Shown here: positions 8,172-17,391 of the stretch, piece by piece
How positions within the stretch are numbered: the stretch's first letter is position 1
Layout of the letters: each line of letters opens with the position of its first letter
Source of the DNA: a candidate division WOR-3 bacterium
GTDB taxonomy: Bacteria > Hydrothermota > UBA3073 > JACQXS01
Assembly (NCBI GenBank): GCA_023129235.1
Contig: JAGMCN010000034.1
Coordinates: forward strand, 1 to 38,015
Length of the DNA: 38,015 nt
Direction: 5' to 3'
The notes under the pieces: model-generated
What the model was told of the DNA's origin: nothing
The model's database searches: none
Seen by the model: only the letters and a program-made list of their open reading frames with translations
Translations under genes and position numbers: made by a program

Positions 8172-9245
8172 ATGAAAATTGCTATGATGGGTGGTTGGAA
8201 CACAGACTCAGGTGCTTCGTTTCATGCCGAACTTGTTGGAAGAGCATGGATAGACCAGGGGCAGGGATTAAAAGTATTTACCTTTTACGACTATGCTTTT
8301 CACGGAACACAAATTACTGGCAAAGACGAGGATTATGTGGAAAGATGCTTTACAGTATCTTCATATACTCCTCCTAACCTTAATCCTGTTCCTTTTTTAG
8401 CTGAGGATTACGATATATTTGTTGTTCAGGACCTTGGGATGCTTCCAAAAGATTTGCTTGGCAAAATATTCCATCGCATAAAAAAGCGTGCTAAAGTAGT
8501 GAATGTAATTCACGACGGGAATCTATCGGAAGACCCTGCCTTTTATCAATTTGACTGGGATGCCATTGTGTGCTTTGATGAGAGATACCGAAAGTTTCTT
8601 ATCTCTGCGTATGACTCTGAGAAAGTTCGTATGATACCGTATCCCTGTCTCCCTTATGCTCCCGGGGACAAGAAAGCAAAAAGAGAGAAGTTAGGTCTCC
8701 CACAGGATAAGCATATTATCTTTAGCTTTGGACCGGCTTCAAACTCCACACTTGAAGTTATGCCAAGTATAGCGGAACTGGCTTCAAAATACCCGATATT
8801 AGTTTTAACGGTTACAAAGCACAAGGAAGCACTTGAAGGTTTTAAGTCAATTGTCAGTGGTCAGCAGTCAGGAGTCAGTATTGAGATAAGAGAAGAAGCA
8901 CCTCCTACAGATGAGCTATATGATTATCTACACGCTTCAGATGTGCTTGTTTTTAACAAAACATCTACTCCACAGGTAGTGGTTTCCTCAACTGCCTTCC
9001 AATGTCTTGGCTCAGGATGTCCAATTGTGGCAAAAGAGTCAAACTATGTGGAGTTTTTTGATAAAGAGGTGCTGAGGTATTCGGATGTGGACACTTTCAA
9101 ATCGCATCTCTCGGCAATTTTTGATAAAACGGAGGCATACGAAAGAACACTTGAATCTGCAAAAAAGTATGTGATAGAGAACTCGGCTCAAGAGATAGGC
9201 AAAAAGTATATAGAGCTATTTAAATCTTTAATTCAAAAATATTAG
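8172..9245 (+). CDS. GT-B fold glycosyltransferase (GT4-like)
   Basis: Start moved to ATG 8172 behind an AAGGAG RBS (MKIAMMGGWNTDSG); KAKREKLGLP..IIFSFG, LHASDVLVF, LGSGCPIVA and IGKKYIELFKSL patterns. Confidence 0.72.
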   Translation: MKIAMMGGWNTDSGASFHAELVGRAWIDQGQGLKVFTFYDYAFHGTQITGKDEDYVERCFTVSSYTPPNLNPVPFLAEDYDIFVVQDLGMLPKDLLGKIFHRIKKRAKVVNVIHDGNLSEDPAFYQFDWDAIVCFDERYRKFLISAYDSEKVRMIPYPCLPYAPGDKKAKREKLGLPQDKHIIFSFGPASNSTLEVMPSIAELASKYPILVLTVTKHKEALEGFKSIVSGQQSGVSIEIREEAPPTDELYDYLHASDVLVFNKTSTPQVVVSSTAFQCLGSGCPIVAKESNYVEFFDKEVLRYSDVDTFKSHLSAIFDKTEAYERTLESAKKYVIENSAQEIGKKYIELFKSLIQKY

Positions 9246-9246
9246 T

Positions 9247-9324
9247 ACACAGATTCTCACAGATAGAACAGATTTGCACAGAATATAATCTGTGACAATC
9301 TCTCTAATCTGTGTATATCTGTGT
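9247..9324. repeat. Periodic imperfect inverted repeat (ACAGAT units facing ATCTGT units)
   Basis: ACACAGATTCTCACAGATAGAACAGATTTGCACAGA-ATATAA-TCTGTGACAATCTCTCTAATCTGTGTATATCTGTGT. Confidence 0.8.
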
Positions 9325-9344
9325 GCTAAATAAAAGGAGGAGAT

Positions 9345-10262
9345 ATGTTAAAAAGATACGACGGGAATCCAATTCTTGACCCCATACCTTCTAATGCTTG
9401 GGAATCGCGGATGGTATTTAACTGTGCCGCAATTCACGAAGGAGGAAAAACACACCTCATCTATAGAGCCAGAGGCGTTGATGGGCATGTCTCAAGATTC
9501 GGATATGCAGGAACCAAAGACGGATTTCATATAGACGAAAGACTACCGGAGCCCATATTTATGGGCGACCCCATAAATGACCTTGAGTGCCACGGATGTG
9601 AAGACCCAAGATTAACAAGAATTGGTGATAGAATTTATATGTGCTACACTGCTTATGGAATGGTTCCGGGAGTAACAAGACAAATTGGGTCAATCCAAAT
9701 AGGTATGACATCTATTTCAGTAGATGATTTTCTTAATCACAAGTGGAACTGGGAGAAAAGATGGTATCCTTTTCCAAGAGTTGATGACAAGAATGCTTGC
9801 CTTTTTCCTGAAAAAATAAATGGGAAATGGGTTATGTATCATCGTCTTGCTCCTCATATATGGGTCAGTTATTCGGACGATTTAAAGCATTGGGGTGCCT
9901 CTAAAATAGTAATGAGTCATCAAGAAGATTGGGAATACTTTAAACTCGGAAGTGGTGCTCCACCAATTAAAACACCTAAGGGATGGCTTTTCGTATATCA
10001 TGCTGTATCTCGTGAATTTCATTATCAACTTGGGCTTGCTCTTATAGACCTTGAGAATCCTGAAAAAGTAATCTGGAGAGGCAAGGAACCACTGCTTAAA
10101 CCAGAAGCACCGTATGAGGTAAATGGAGTTGTGTCTGATGTAGTCTTTACCTGTGGGGCAGTAGTGAGAGACGATACGCTTTTTATATATTATGGTGGTG
10201 CAGACACATCAATTTGTGTAGCAACTGCAAAGCTCTCTGATTTACTTGATTCTATGAAATAA
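9345..10262 (+). CDS. Glycoside hydrolase family 130 protein (beta-mannoside phosphorylase/glycosidase)
   Basis: NPIL, VFNCAA, LIYRA, GCEDPRL, DKNACLFPEKINGK..MYHR, GSGAPPIKT..GWL..YH, VVFTCG and YYGGAD motifs; AGGAGG RBS. Confidence 0.9.
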   Translation: MLKRYDGNPILDPIPSNAWESRMVFNCAAIHEGGKTHLIYRARGVDGHVSRFGYAGTKDGFHIDERLPEPIFMGDPINDLECHGCEDPRLTRIGDRIYMCYTAYGMVPGVTRQIGSIQIGMTSISVDDFLNHKWNWEKRWYPFPRVDDKNACLFPEKINGKWVMYHRLAPHIWVSYSDDLKHWGASKIVMSHQEDWEYFKLGSGAPPIKTPKGWLFVYHAVSREFHYQLGLALIDLENPEKVIWRGKEPLLKPEAPYEVNGVVSDVVFTCGAVVRDDTLFIYYGGADTSICVATAKLSDLLDSMK

Positions 10263-10264
10263 GG

Positions 10265-10293
10265 GTAAGGGCGGGTTTAAACCCCGCCCTTAC
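10265..10293. repeat. REP-like GC-rich palindrome between convergent genes (possible terminator role)
   Basis: GTAAGGGCGGG-TTTAAAC-CCCGCCCTTAC, 11-bp perfect stem, no clear U-tract on either strand. Confidence 0.75.
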
Positions 10294-10302
10294 TATAAAT
10301 CT

Positions 10303-12804
10303 CTATTTCAGAAGGATAAGCTTCCTCGTGCTTTGATAATCTCCGGACTTGAACTTGCAGAAGTAAATCCCGTTTGCCAGCTTAGTTCCAGCGTCGTTTT
10401 CTCCAGTCCATTTGATTGTATATGTCCCGGGCTCTTTTTTGGAATTTACAAGAGTCCTGACTACTCTTCCAGTTACATCATAGACTTTGAGAGACACCTT
10501 ATCGCAACCAGAGATTCCTACTCCATATTTTATGCTGATAGCACCACCAGATGGATTAGGAGCTACCGGATAAAGCATAGTAATGGAAGGGATTTTTGTT
10601 TCCTCAACTCCAGGCTCCAAAATAACAACTGGATTGTCTAAATTGGGAAAACCACAAGCTTTACCACCCCACTGATTCTCAAAATAGAAGCAATAGTTTA
10701 GAACACCATCTCCTGCATAATCTATTGGTGTAGTAAAAGTATAAAATTTCCCATCGCTGTATGTAGTATCATTAGCATCTAATTCAATCATTGCAAATCG
10801 TTCACCTGGCTCGTAATCCAAGTTGTCATTCAAATCAATCAGGACTTCATAAACATAGGGAGAATCATTATAGGCATTTGTATATCTCACTCCAAATTCA
10901 AATGCATCGCCGTCTGCACCTGTATCTGGGTCCACTCCATCTGATTCAAAACCAGTGGCACCAACCCATTCTAGATATTCTATAGGTGTATAATAAAAAT
11001 CCACCGTCGCAGAACTGTCCAAATCGCCTATTGTAAATGTAGTGTCGGTTGGTGTGTGCTCATATCCCTCAATCCAGGGTACAGACACAGTCCACTCTGC
11101 ATCACATATCTTGAAAGAATAGGTACTATCGGACTGACTTACCTTACCATTTGCTGAATATCCATAAGGCCAGATACTGTCTCCATCTGCGCCAACCCAG
11201 ATATCTTCGGGCACATAAAAAAGCCCATGTAACATACCAGAAAGTGTGCAGTGCCCATAATTGAGCATAAAATCATTTCCAGGAACATCAACCGTATCTA
11301 CGGTCACGCTCTCTATACGCTTAGGGAAAGGCAACCACTCCTCGGGTCCCCAGAGCTCAATATTCCAGGTTCCTTCTGGTGCACCCACTTGATAAGTTCC
11401 ATTTGAGTCTACTGGACTCTGTACTTCAGTTTCCCATGTCATAGGGTTAATTACTCCTACTGTAAATTCAGTGTAATCAGAAACTGGAGGGTCTCCCGGG
11501 TCAACAGAAAGACTGCCTGACACAGAGCCCTTATAGGTAACTAAATTCACATAGACCGTATCTCCAAGCCCTGCATTCCATCCATTTCCTCCCTCAATTG
11601 CAAATCCTGGTAGAAGTTCATCTTCGTCAAACCATAAATGGTAAGAATCAACTATACTACTCACAGAAATTACAAACAAGCCTGTTGCAGGGTCGCTGTT
11701 GATTTCTATATGTCCGACACTATCCTCTGATGTTTCCATCTCGTAGGACTTTGACGGCAATCCTCCATTCTCAGTGATTAAGCCAAATATGCTCGTATCA
11801 GTTCTTGGAAGGAAAATATCCTTACGGATGCTGTCACCGACTCCAACATTGAATCTCTGATTCCAGAATTCAGGTATAAGATAATCTGGCCATACTTCTT
11901 CCTCTCCCATGCCAAGTCTGTAATTATCTCCAGCAAGCACTCCCATAAAATAACGGCCACTGTCAGTAGATGCCTGAGCTACACCCTCATGGGTATCCTC
12001 ATCCTCTATACCTATGTGCAGGGTTCTTATAACAAGTGAATCCCTATCATCCTTTATATCCCCATATACATAAGCTTCAGGGAGTTCATACTCAAAGTCA
12101 ATTCCTGTGACGGGAGCGGTTACATGTAATACAGTATCTCCAGGCCGAATATATGGTGGAATATCATCCGCAACCACTACATGCCAGGTGCCTGTATCTG
12201 GCAGGTTTAAAGTATAGTCTCCAAACGAATCAGTAATTGCAGACCACCAGGGCTCTTCGTCCATATCAGTGCAAACCCAAAGTGCGTTAAGCAGAGAATC
12301 AGGAGCACTAATACCTTCTATGCTCACAGTTCCTGATACTATAGCTGGTGGTGAGGGATGCGGATTTATAAGTAACCAGTTCTCTGCTGTGCTTGCATCA
12401 ATGTCATTTGTCACTTTGAACACATAATTCCCAGGTGCAAACGCCATTCCAGTTATCACATTACCAATATCACAATAAAATATCCCATCCAGCACAGCTG
12501 ATGAATCAGCAGGTCCCTGGTCCCAATCTGTCATTCCATCAATCAGTGTGAACGGACTCATTATCCATAGTTTATCACCTGCATCTATCGTATGGTTAGC
12601 ATTCAAATCAAGCCACAACTCCGCGGTTAAAGTATCGCCAAGTTCACAATCGCATTCCCATGCCATAGTATCGCCTTGCGTCATCACTGTATCTGGTGAA
12701 CCATTTACAACAAACTTGAAATAATTGGTTCGCTGTGCTTCCACAGGCAGACTAAAACCAATCACTCCTAAAACTACTATCGCCCTTAAAACATTTCTAC
12801 TCAT
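10303..12804 (-). CDS. Large acidic secreted protein with tandem beta-sandwich (carboxypeptidase-regulatory-like) domains and C-terminal FlgD-Ig/T9SS type A-like domain
   Basis: Signal peptide; AGGAGG RBS; repeated xSG..D..G.Y...G.W units; DLNANHTID and DLNDNLDYE Ca-loop-like motifs; GVEE..APNP..YDVTGRVV..WTGENDAG..GIYF. Confidence 0.78.
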   Translation of the reverse strand: MSRNVLRAIVVLGVIGFSLPVEAQRTNYFKFVVNGSPDTVMTQGDTMAWECDCELGDTLTAELWLDLNANHTIDAGDKLWIMSPFTLIDGMTDWDQGPADSSAVLDGIFYCDIGNVITGMAFAPGNYVFKVTNDIDASTAENWLLINPHPSPPAIVSGTVSIEGISAPDSLLNALWVCTDMDEEPWWSAITDSFGDYTLNLPDTGTWHVVVADDIPPYIRPGDTVLHVTAPVTGIDFEYELPEAYVYGDIKDDRDSLVIRTLHIGIEDEDTHEGVAQASTDSGRYFMGVLAGDNYRLGMGEEEVWPDYLIPEFWNQRFNVGVGDSIRKDIFLPRTDTSIFGLITENGGLPSKSYEMETSEDSVGHIEINSDPATGLFVISVSSIVDSYHLWFDEDELLPGFAIEGGNGWNAGLGDTVYVNLVTYKGSVSGSLSVDPGDPPVSDYTEFTVGVINPMTWETEVQSPVDSNGTYQVGAPEGTWNIELWGPEEWLPFPKRIESVTVDTVDVPGNDFMLNYGHCTLSGMLHGLFYVPEDIWVGADGDSIWPYGYSANGKVSQSDSTYSFKICDAEWTVSVPWIEGYEHTPTDTTFTIGDLDSSATVDFYYTPIEYLEWVGATGFESDGVDPDTGADGDAFEFGVRYTNAYNDSPYVYEVLIDLNDNLDYEPGERFAMIELDANDTTYSDGKFYTFTTPIDYAGDGVLNYCFYFENQWGGKACGFPNLDNPVVILEPGVEETKIPSITMLYPVAPNPSGGAISIKYGVGISGCDKVSLKVYDVTGRVVRTLVNSKKEPGTYTIKWTGENDAGTKLANGIYFCKFKSGDYQSTRKLILLK

Positions 12805-12992
12805 CTTTCCTCCTTTCCTTGTATGATTTAACTCATCTCTGCCTTCGTTTATATTCTATGGACACCACCGCCTCTAAATTTTTGTATAATAACCTCAAAA
12901 AACTCTCTTTATAGAGTATTAAATTTACATTGTGCCTGTCGTAGGCTCTATGAGTGTTATAATTTCCTGTGTTGCAGACTCTATGAGATGAT

Positions 12993-14543
12993 TTACCTCA
13001 CCAATACCAGCTTTCTTGTCACGCTTTTCTCATCGCATTGTGTAGTACAATAATAAATTCCTCTTGGCAGAGACTTGCCTGATTCATCGGTGCCGTCCCA
13101 ACTTACCTTATGGATTCCAGATTCCTGAATCTCATCTACCAGCACTTTTACTAATCTACCAGAAAGGTTATAAATCCTCATACTCACAGCAGTTGGTTTT
13201 CCTATTTCATATTCAATGAGAGTCTTGGCTATGAATGGATTAGGATAATTACCCAATATCTCAATTCCCTCAATTCTCTCATTTTCCTCAATCCCTGTAT
13301 CTTCGCAGTAAATAGCATAAAGCTTATTCCCGGAGCAATCTCCAAAGTAAACTGTCTTATTAGGTCCTATTGCTGGAGAATTCCAAACCTCATTTTCTGT
13401 CCTGTAGAAACATACAATATCTCCATCAGATTGCTTTAATATAAAAAGTCCACCAGTCCCTGGAACCCAATTGTCACTTGCTACTCCAATATAAACGTAA
13501 CCATTTGAGCTCAATGCTGGAGAGGAAGCAATATTCCAATAAGCATCACCTCCGGGAAGATATTTTGCCCATTTCCTTGTGCTATCAGGATTAACGGCAT
13601 GCACTGTATCTGCTACTGCACCTATATATATCGTTCCATCATAACTTATTGCTGGCGAAGATATAAGAGCTGAGCGATCTCTATTATTAGCTGGCCTTGA
13701 GGACAATAAGTATGTCCATTTTAAAGTGCTATCAGGATTTAGAGCATAAAGAGTTTGGTCTTCAAGTGTTGAGAAATATATTGTTCCATCATCACCTATT
13801 GCTGGAGAACTTCTAATTTTACCCCCAGCTTGATAGGTCCACTTGCACTTTCCATAAGTAATTGAATCCTCTATAGCATAAAGCTTGTTATCATCTGCTC
13901 CTATATATATTGTCCCGTCAGAAGCTATAGCTGGTGAGGACTGAATAACACTACCTATTGAAAATGTCCACCGTAGATTACCATTAGACTTCATAGCATA
14001 AAGCAAACCATCATAAGTTCCCACATATATTATACCAGCGTTTATTACAGGCGAAGAGGAACTACCATGAAACCCGAATCCTGAGGATGGAATAGTCCAT
14101 CTTACTTTACCACTATCTGAATATAGACAATAAAACTTACCATCCCAAGCCGATGTTCCTTCCCCTATATAAATATATTTATCATATATTAGTGGAGAAG
14201 AATTAAACTCTAAACAGGCAGGAGCAGAATATTCCCATTTCTTTGCAACAGAATTGAGCCCAAGATCCTTAATTGCATAAACTAAACCAACACCCGCATT
14301 CCCTCTATTGCCTATATATATCAGTGTATCATTTCCCTCCACTCTCACTGACGGAGAAGAATAAAAATAGTTTGCCCCACTAAATTTCCATTTCTCATTA
14401 CAACACTCGGGACCTGGATAAGGACTTTGACCTGTGCGCCTTGTGTCATACTTAAACATAGGCCAATAATCTATGTCTGCACTTAAAACCCCTGCCTTTA
14501 AGACACCAAGCAAAAGCACCAAACTTATCAACTTTTTATTCAT
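12993..14543 (-). CDS. PQQ-like (BamB-type) beta-propeller repeat protein with C-terminal FlgD-Ig/T9SS type A-like domain
   Basis: Signal peptide; WPMFKYDTRRTGQS; repeated SSPAI..DGTIYIG..LYA..KW; GIEE..YPNPF..IYNLSGRLV..WDGTDESG. Confidence 0.88.
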   Translation of the reverse strand: MNKKLISLVLLLGVLKAGVLSADIDYWPMFKYDTRRTGQSPYPGPECCNEKWKFSGANYFYSSPSVRVEGNDTLIYIGNRGNAGVGLVYAIKDLGLNSVAKKWEYSAPACLEFNSSPLIYDKYIYIGEGTSAWDGKFYCLYSDSGKVRWTIPSSGFGFHGSSSSPVINAGIIYVGTYDGLLYAMKSNGNLRWTFSIGSVIQSSPAIASDGTIYIGADDNKLYAIEDSITYGKCKWTYQAGGKIRSSPAIGDDGTIYFSTLEDQTLYALNPDSTLKWTYLLSSRPANNRDRSALISSPAISYDGTIYIGAVADTVHAVNPDSTRKWAKYLPGGDAYWNIASSPALSSNGYVYIGVASDNWVPGTGGLFILKQSDGDIVCFYRTENEVWNSPAIGPNKTVYFGDCSGNKLYAIYCEDTGIEENERIEGIEILGNYPNPFIAKTLIEYEIGKPTAVSMRIYNLSGRLVKVLVDEIQESGIHKVSWDGTDESGKSLPRGIYYCTTQCDEKSVTRKLVLVR

Positions 14544-14565
14544 AATTACATCTCCTGAAAATATG

Positions 14566-14594
14566 TATATACTACAATTTTGTTAATTTGTCAA
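14566..14594 (-). promoter_or_regulatory. Candidate sigma70-type promoter for the 14543 gene
   Basis: TTGACA (14594-14589), 17 nt spacer, TATATA (14571-14566); the -10 match is imperfect. Confidence 0.4.
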
Positions 14595-14610
14595 GTTCTT
14601 TTTGAAAAAT

Positions 14611-14673
14611 AAAAAAAGGGTAGGGTTGAAGCCCTCGCTTCAACTATATGAGAGCGAGGGCTCTCATCTACCC
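14611..14673 (-). terminator. Long GC-rich hairpin followed by T7 on the minus strand
   Basis: GGGTAG(14618-23)/CTACCC(14668-73) outer stem and AGCCCTCGCT(14630-39)/AGCGAGGGCT(14653-62) inner stem; A7 at 14611-17 on the + strand. Confidence 0.5.
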
Positions 14674-14742
14674 ATATGGAATGGAAGAACTGTTCCACAG
14701 GAGGACATTTTTGCCGAAAAGTAACATTTTTCAAAAAAAAGT

Positions 14743-14787
14743 TTGACATCTTGTATTTTCAGGATACATCTTAAAGACTTAAGATGT
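14743..14787 (+). promoter_or_regulatory. Candidate promoter of the polysaccharide locus with overlapping 9-bp perfect inverted repeat
   Basis: TTGACA at 14743-48; ACATCTTAA-AGAC-TTAAGATGT at 14766-14787. Confidence 0.4.
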
Positions 14788-15224
14788 GTGATAAAAAACT
14801 AAAGATTAACAAAACAATGATTTGTAAGGCAACCTTCATTTTATCACTCCTATTATTTTCGGATTCATTGTTTGGTGAGGTATGTGTTCATGTATGGGGT
14901 GAAGTCAAAAAGCCAGGTGAATATTACGTACCTGCTGGAATAAATGTCCTTGAGCTCATTTCCAAAGCCGGTGGTCCCACAGAGTATGCGAATATTAAGA
15001 ACATCACACTTACTCACAGAGAGGTAACTTCTGATAGGATAGTCAAGGTTAATTTAAGCAATTATTTGAAGAAAAAGGAGTTCAAGAAACCCATTCCTGT
15101 GGTAGAGAATGGGGATGTTGTCAGGGTTCCTCGCAATAAATGGTATAGATGGCGAACTCTGATAAAAATTGCTGCCGATGTAGCAATTATTGCTAATGCC
15201 TATTACTGGTTCTCAAGAGATTAA
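14784..15224 (+). CDS. SLBB-domain polysaccharide export protein (minimal Wza/OPX-like)
   Basis: Signal-like hydrophobic segment; VHVWGEVKKPGEY..LELISKAGGPTEYA..GDVVRVP; directly upstream of wzc. The start may be ATG 14817. Confidence 0.8.
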   Translation: MCDKKLKINKTMICKATFILSLLLFSDSLFGEVCVHVWGEVKKPGEYYVPAGINVLELISKAGGPTEYANIKNITLTHREVTSDRIVKVNLSNYLKKKEFKKPIPVVENGDVVRVPRNKWYRWRTLIKIAADVAIIANAYYWFSRD

Positions 15225-17391
15225 AGAATTAAGTTTCAGTGACTTCATAAGTGCTGTCCTGAGGAGAAGGCGGATAGCCATTACTTGTTTCCTAGGTGTA
15301 GTCATTGCCACAATTCTCTTTAACCAACTTTCTCCCAAAGTCTATGAGGCAGAAACAACTATTGTATTTGAGGAGACCAAGGAACCTATTCCCACATTTG
15401 ATTTCTCTCAAGCTATTTCCACGAAAAGTTTTATCCAGAATCAAATAGAGGAAATAAAAAGCAGGACCTTATCTGAAGAAGTAACAAGCACTTTATCAGA
15501 TGAAATCATCAAGACATTTAAGATTCCCAACAAGCTACCTAAAGGATTCACCAAAGAAGAACTCATTACCGCTAACATAAGAAAGAATATATCCGTTACT
15601 CCCACCAGGAACTCTGATGTTATACAGATTAAAGTTCGCTCTCGCAATCCATTATCTGCTACAGTGATTGCCAACGCAATAACCAGAGTTTTAAAAGAAA
15701 GATGCTTAAAGGTAAAGCGTGAGGAAGTTAGCAGTATGCGTGTCTTCATTGAAGGCCAGCTTGGACTTTTTGAAGACCAACTTCAGTCTGCGGAATTCAC
15801 TCTGAAAGAATTTAAAGAAAGGAATAGGGTTACCCTCCTGGACGATGAATCCAAAGAGATATTAAAGCGTATAACTGCGGCAGAGGTTTTATATAACCAA
15901 GCTTGTTCTGACCGCAAATCTGCAGAGCATCGTCTAAGCTATATTCAAAAGAGATTGGCAGAGCAAAAAAGCGTACTTGTTCCTTCTATAACTGAGGTTG
16001 CAACTCCATGGGCAAGGAAGCTGAAGCAAAAGCTGGTTGACCTGGAGGTTCAGTACACCACCCTTAAGATTCAGGATTATCCGGAAAGCCATCCTCAAGT
16101 TGTAAAGCTTAAGGACCAGATTGCTCAGACTAAGGAAACGCTTGAGACCAAGATGCTCAAGATAGTAAAGGGTGAGCGAATCATTGACCCTTTATCTGAG
16201 CTTCAGGATTTGTTGCAAGAGACTATATCACTGGAGATAAATCTTGAAACCTACAGGGCTAAAGAAAATGCCCTACATAAAACCGTAAATACCTATAACA
16301 AGAAGTTGCAATCACTTCCGGAGAAAGAGTACGAGTTATCCCAGTTAATAAGGGATAAGGAAGTAAGCGACAAGATATATGCTATGCTTTTGGAGAAGCA
16401 CGAGGAAGCTCGTATCACCGAAGCAGGCAAAGTGAGCAGTATTAGGGTAATAGACCCCGCTAAAACTCCTAAGTTTCCCATAAAGCCAAAAAAGAAACTG
16501 AATCTGGCAATAGGAGTGATAATAGGACTAATGCTTGGCATAGGATTGGTCGTATTCCTTGAATACCTGGATACCTCCATAAAGACGATTGAGGATGTGG
16601 AAAGAGATGTCAATCTCGTTGTATTAGGCTCAATTCCCATCATCAGAGAAAAAAGTAAACTTAAGGATGAGGCAAGTCCGATAACTTCTCATCTCGCTAC
16701 CAATTTACCATTAAAGTCCCATGCTATGGAAGCATACAGAAGTCTCCGCACAAACATACAATTTACAGACCCTGATAAGCCATTGAATGCAATTCTTTTC
16801 ACCAGTGCGGGACCGGGTGAAGGAAAGACACTAACAGTTAGCAATCTTGGTATAGTTCTTGCTCTCTCAGGAGTTAAGACACTGTTGATTGATTGTGATT
16901 TAAGGAGGCCAGTGCTACATAAGTTGTTTCAGGAAGATAAAGAGCCGGGTGTTGTTAATATATTGGCTGGTCAATCTGAAGTTAAATCCGTAATCCATAA
17001 GACTAAAATTGATAATCTGCATATTATAACTTGTGGTGCTATTCCCCCGAATCCAGCAGAGATGTTAGGCTCGCATAGAATGAAGGAACTTTTAAGTGAG
17101 CTAAAGAAGAAATTTGATATCATACTGGTGGATTCTCCACCAGTTATAGCTGTTACCGACCCTGTAGTTCTCAGCTCAGAGGTTGACGGAGTGGTTTTAG
17201 TTATTAAATCAGGTAGCACAAGCAGTGATGCGGCATTGAGGGCAAAATCACTATTAGAGAATGTAAATGCAAGGATTGTCGGTGCGGTATTGAACAATGT
17301 GTGGGTAGAGGGACTTTACGGAAGATACGGCTATTATCATCACTACCATCATTACTATACACAGGAAGGCGAGAAGAAGGGACGTAAATGA
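15196..17391 (+). CDS. wzc: Polysaccharide co-polymerase / tyrosine autokinase Wzc
   Basis: Two TM helices flanking a coiled-coil periplasmic region; EAYRSLRTNI, Walker A GPGEGKT, IDCDLRRP, VDSPP; Tyr-rich tail. Start is ATG 15196 or TTG 15190. Confidence 0.93.
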   Translation: MPITGSQEIKELSFSDFISAVLRRRRIAITCFLGVVIATILFNQLSPKVYEAETTIVFEETKEPIPTFDFSQAISTKSFIQNQIEEIKSRTLSEEVTSTLSDEIIKTFKIPNKLPKGFTKEELITANIRKNISVTPTRNSDVIQIKVRSRNPLSATVIANAITRVLKERCLKVKREEVSSMRVFIEGQLGLFEDQLQSAEFTLKEFKERNRVTLLDDESKEILKRITAAEVLYNQACSDRKSAEHRLSYIQKRLAEQKSVLVPSITEVATPWARKLKQKLVDLEVQYTTLKIQDYPESHPQVVKLKDQIAQTKETLETKMLKIVKGERIIDPLSELQDLLQETISLEINLETYRAKENALHKTVNTYNKKLQSLPEKEYELSQLIRDKEVSDKIYAMLLEKHEEARITEAGKVSSIRVIDPAKTPKFPIKPKKKLNLAIGVIIGLMLGIGLVVFLEYLDTSIKTIEDVERDVNLVVLGSIPIIREKSKLKDEASPITSHLATNLPLKSHAMEAYRSLRTNIQFTDPDKPLNAILFTSAGPGEGKTLTVSNLGIVLALSGVKTLLIDCDLRRPVLHKLFQEDKEPGVVNILAGQSEVKSVIHKTKIDNLHIITCGAIPPNPAEMLGSHRMKELLSELKKKFDIILVDSPPVIAVTDPVVLSSEVDGVVLVIKSGSTSSDAALRAKSLLENVNARIVGAVLNNVWVEGLYGRYGYYHHYHHYYTQEGEKKGRK

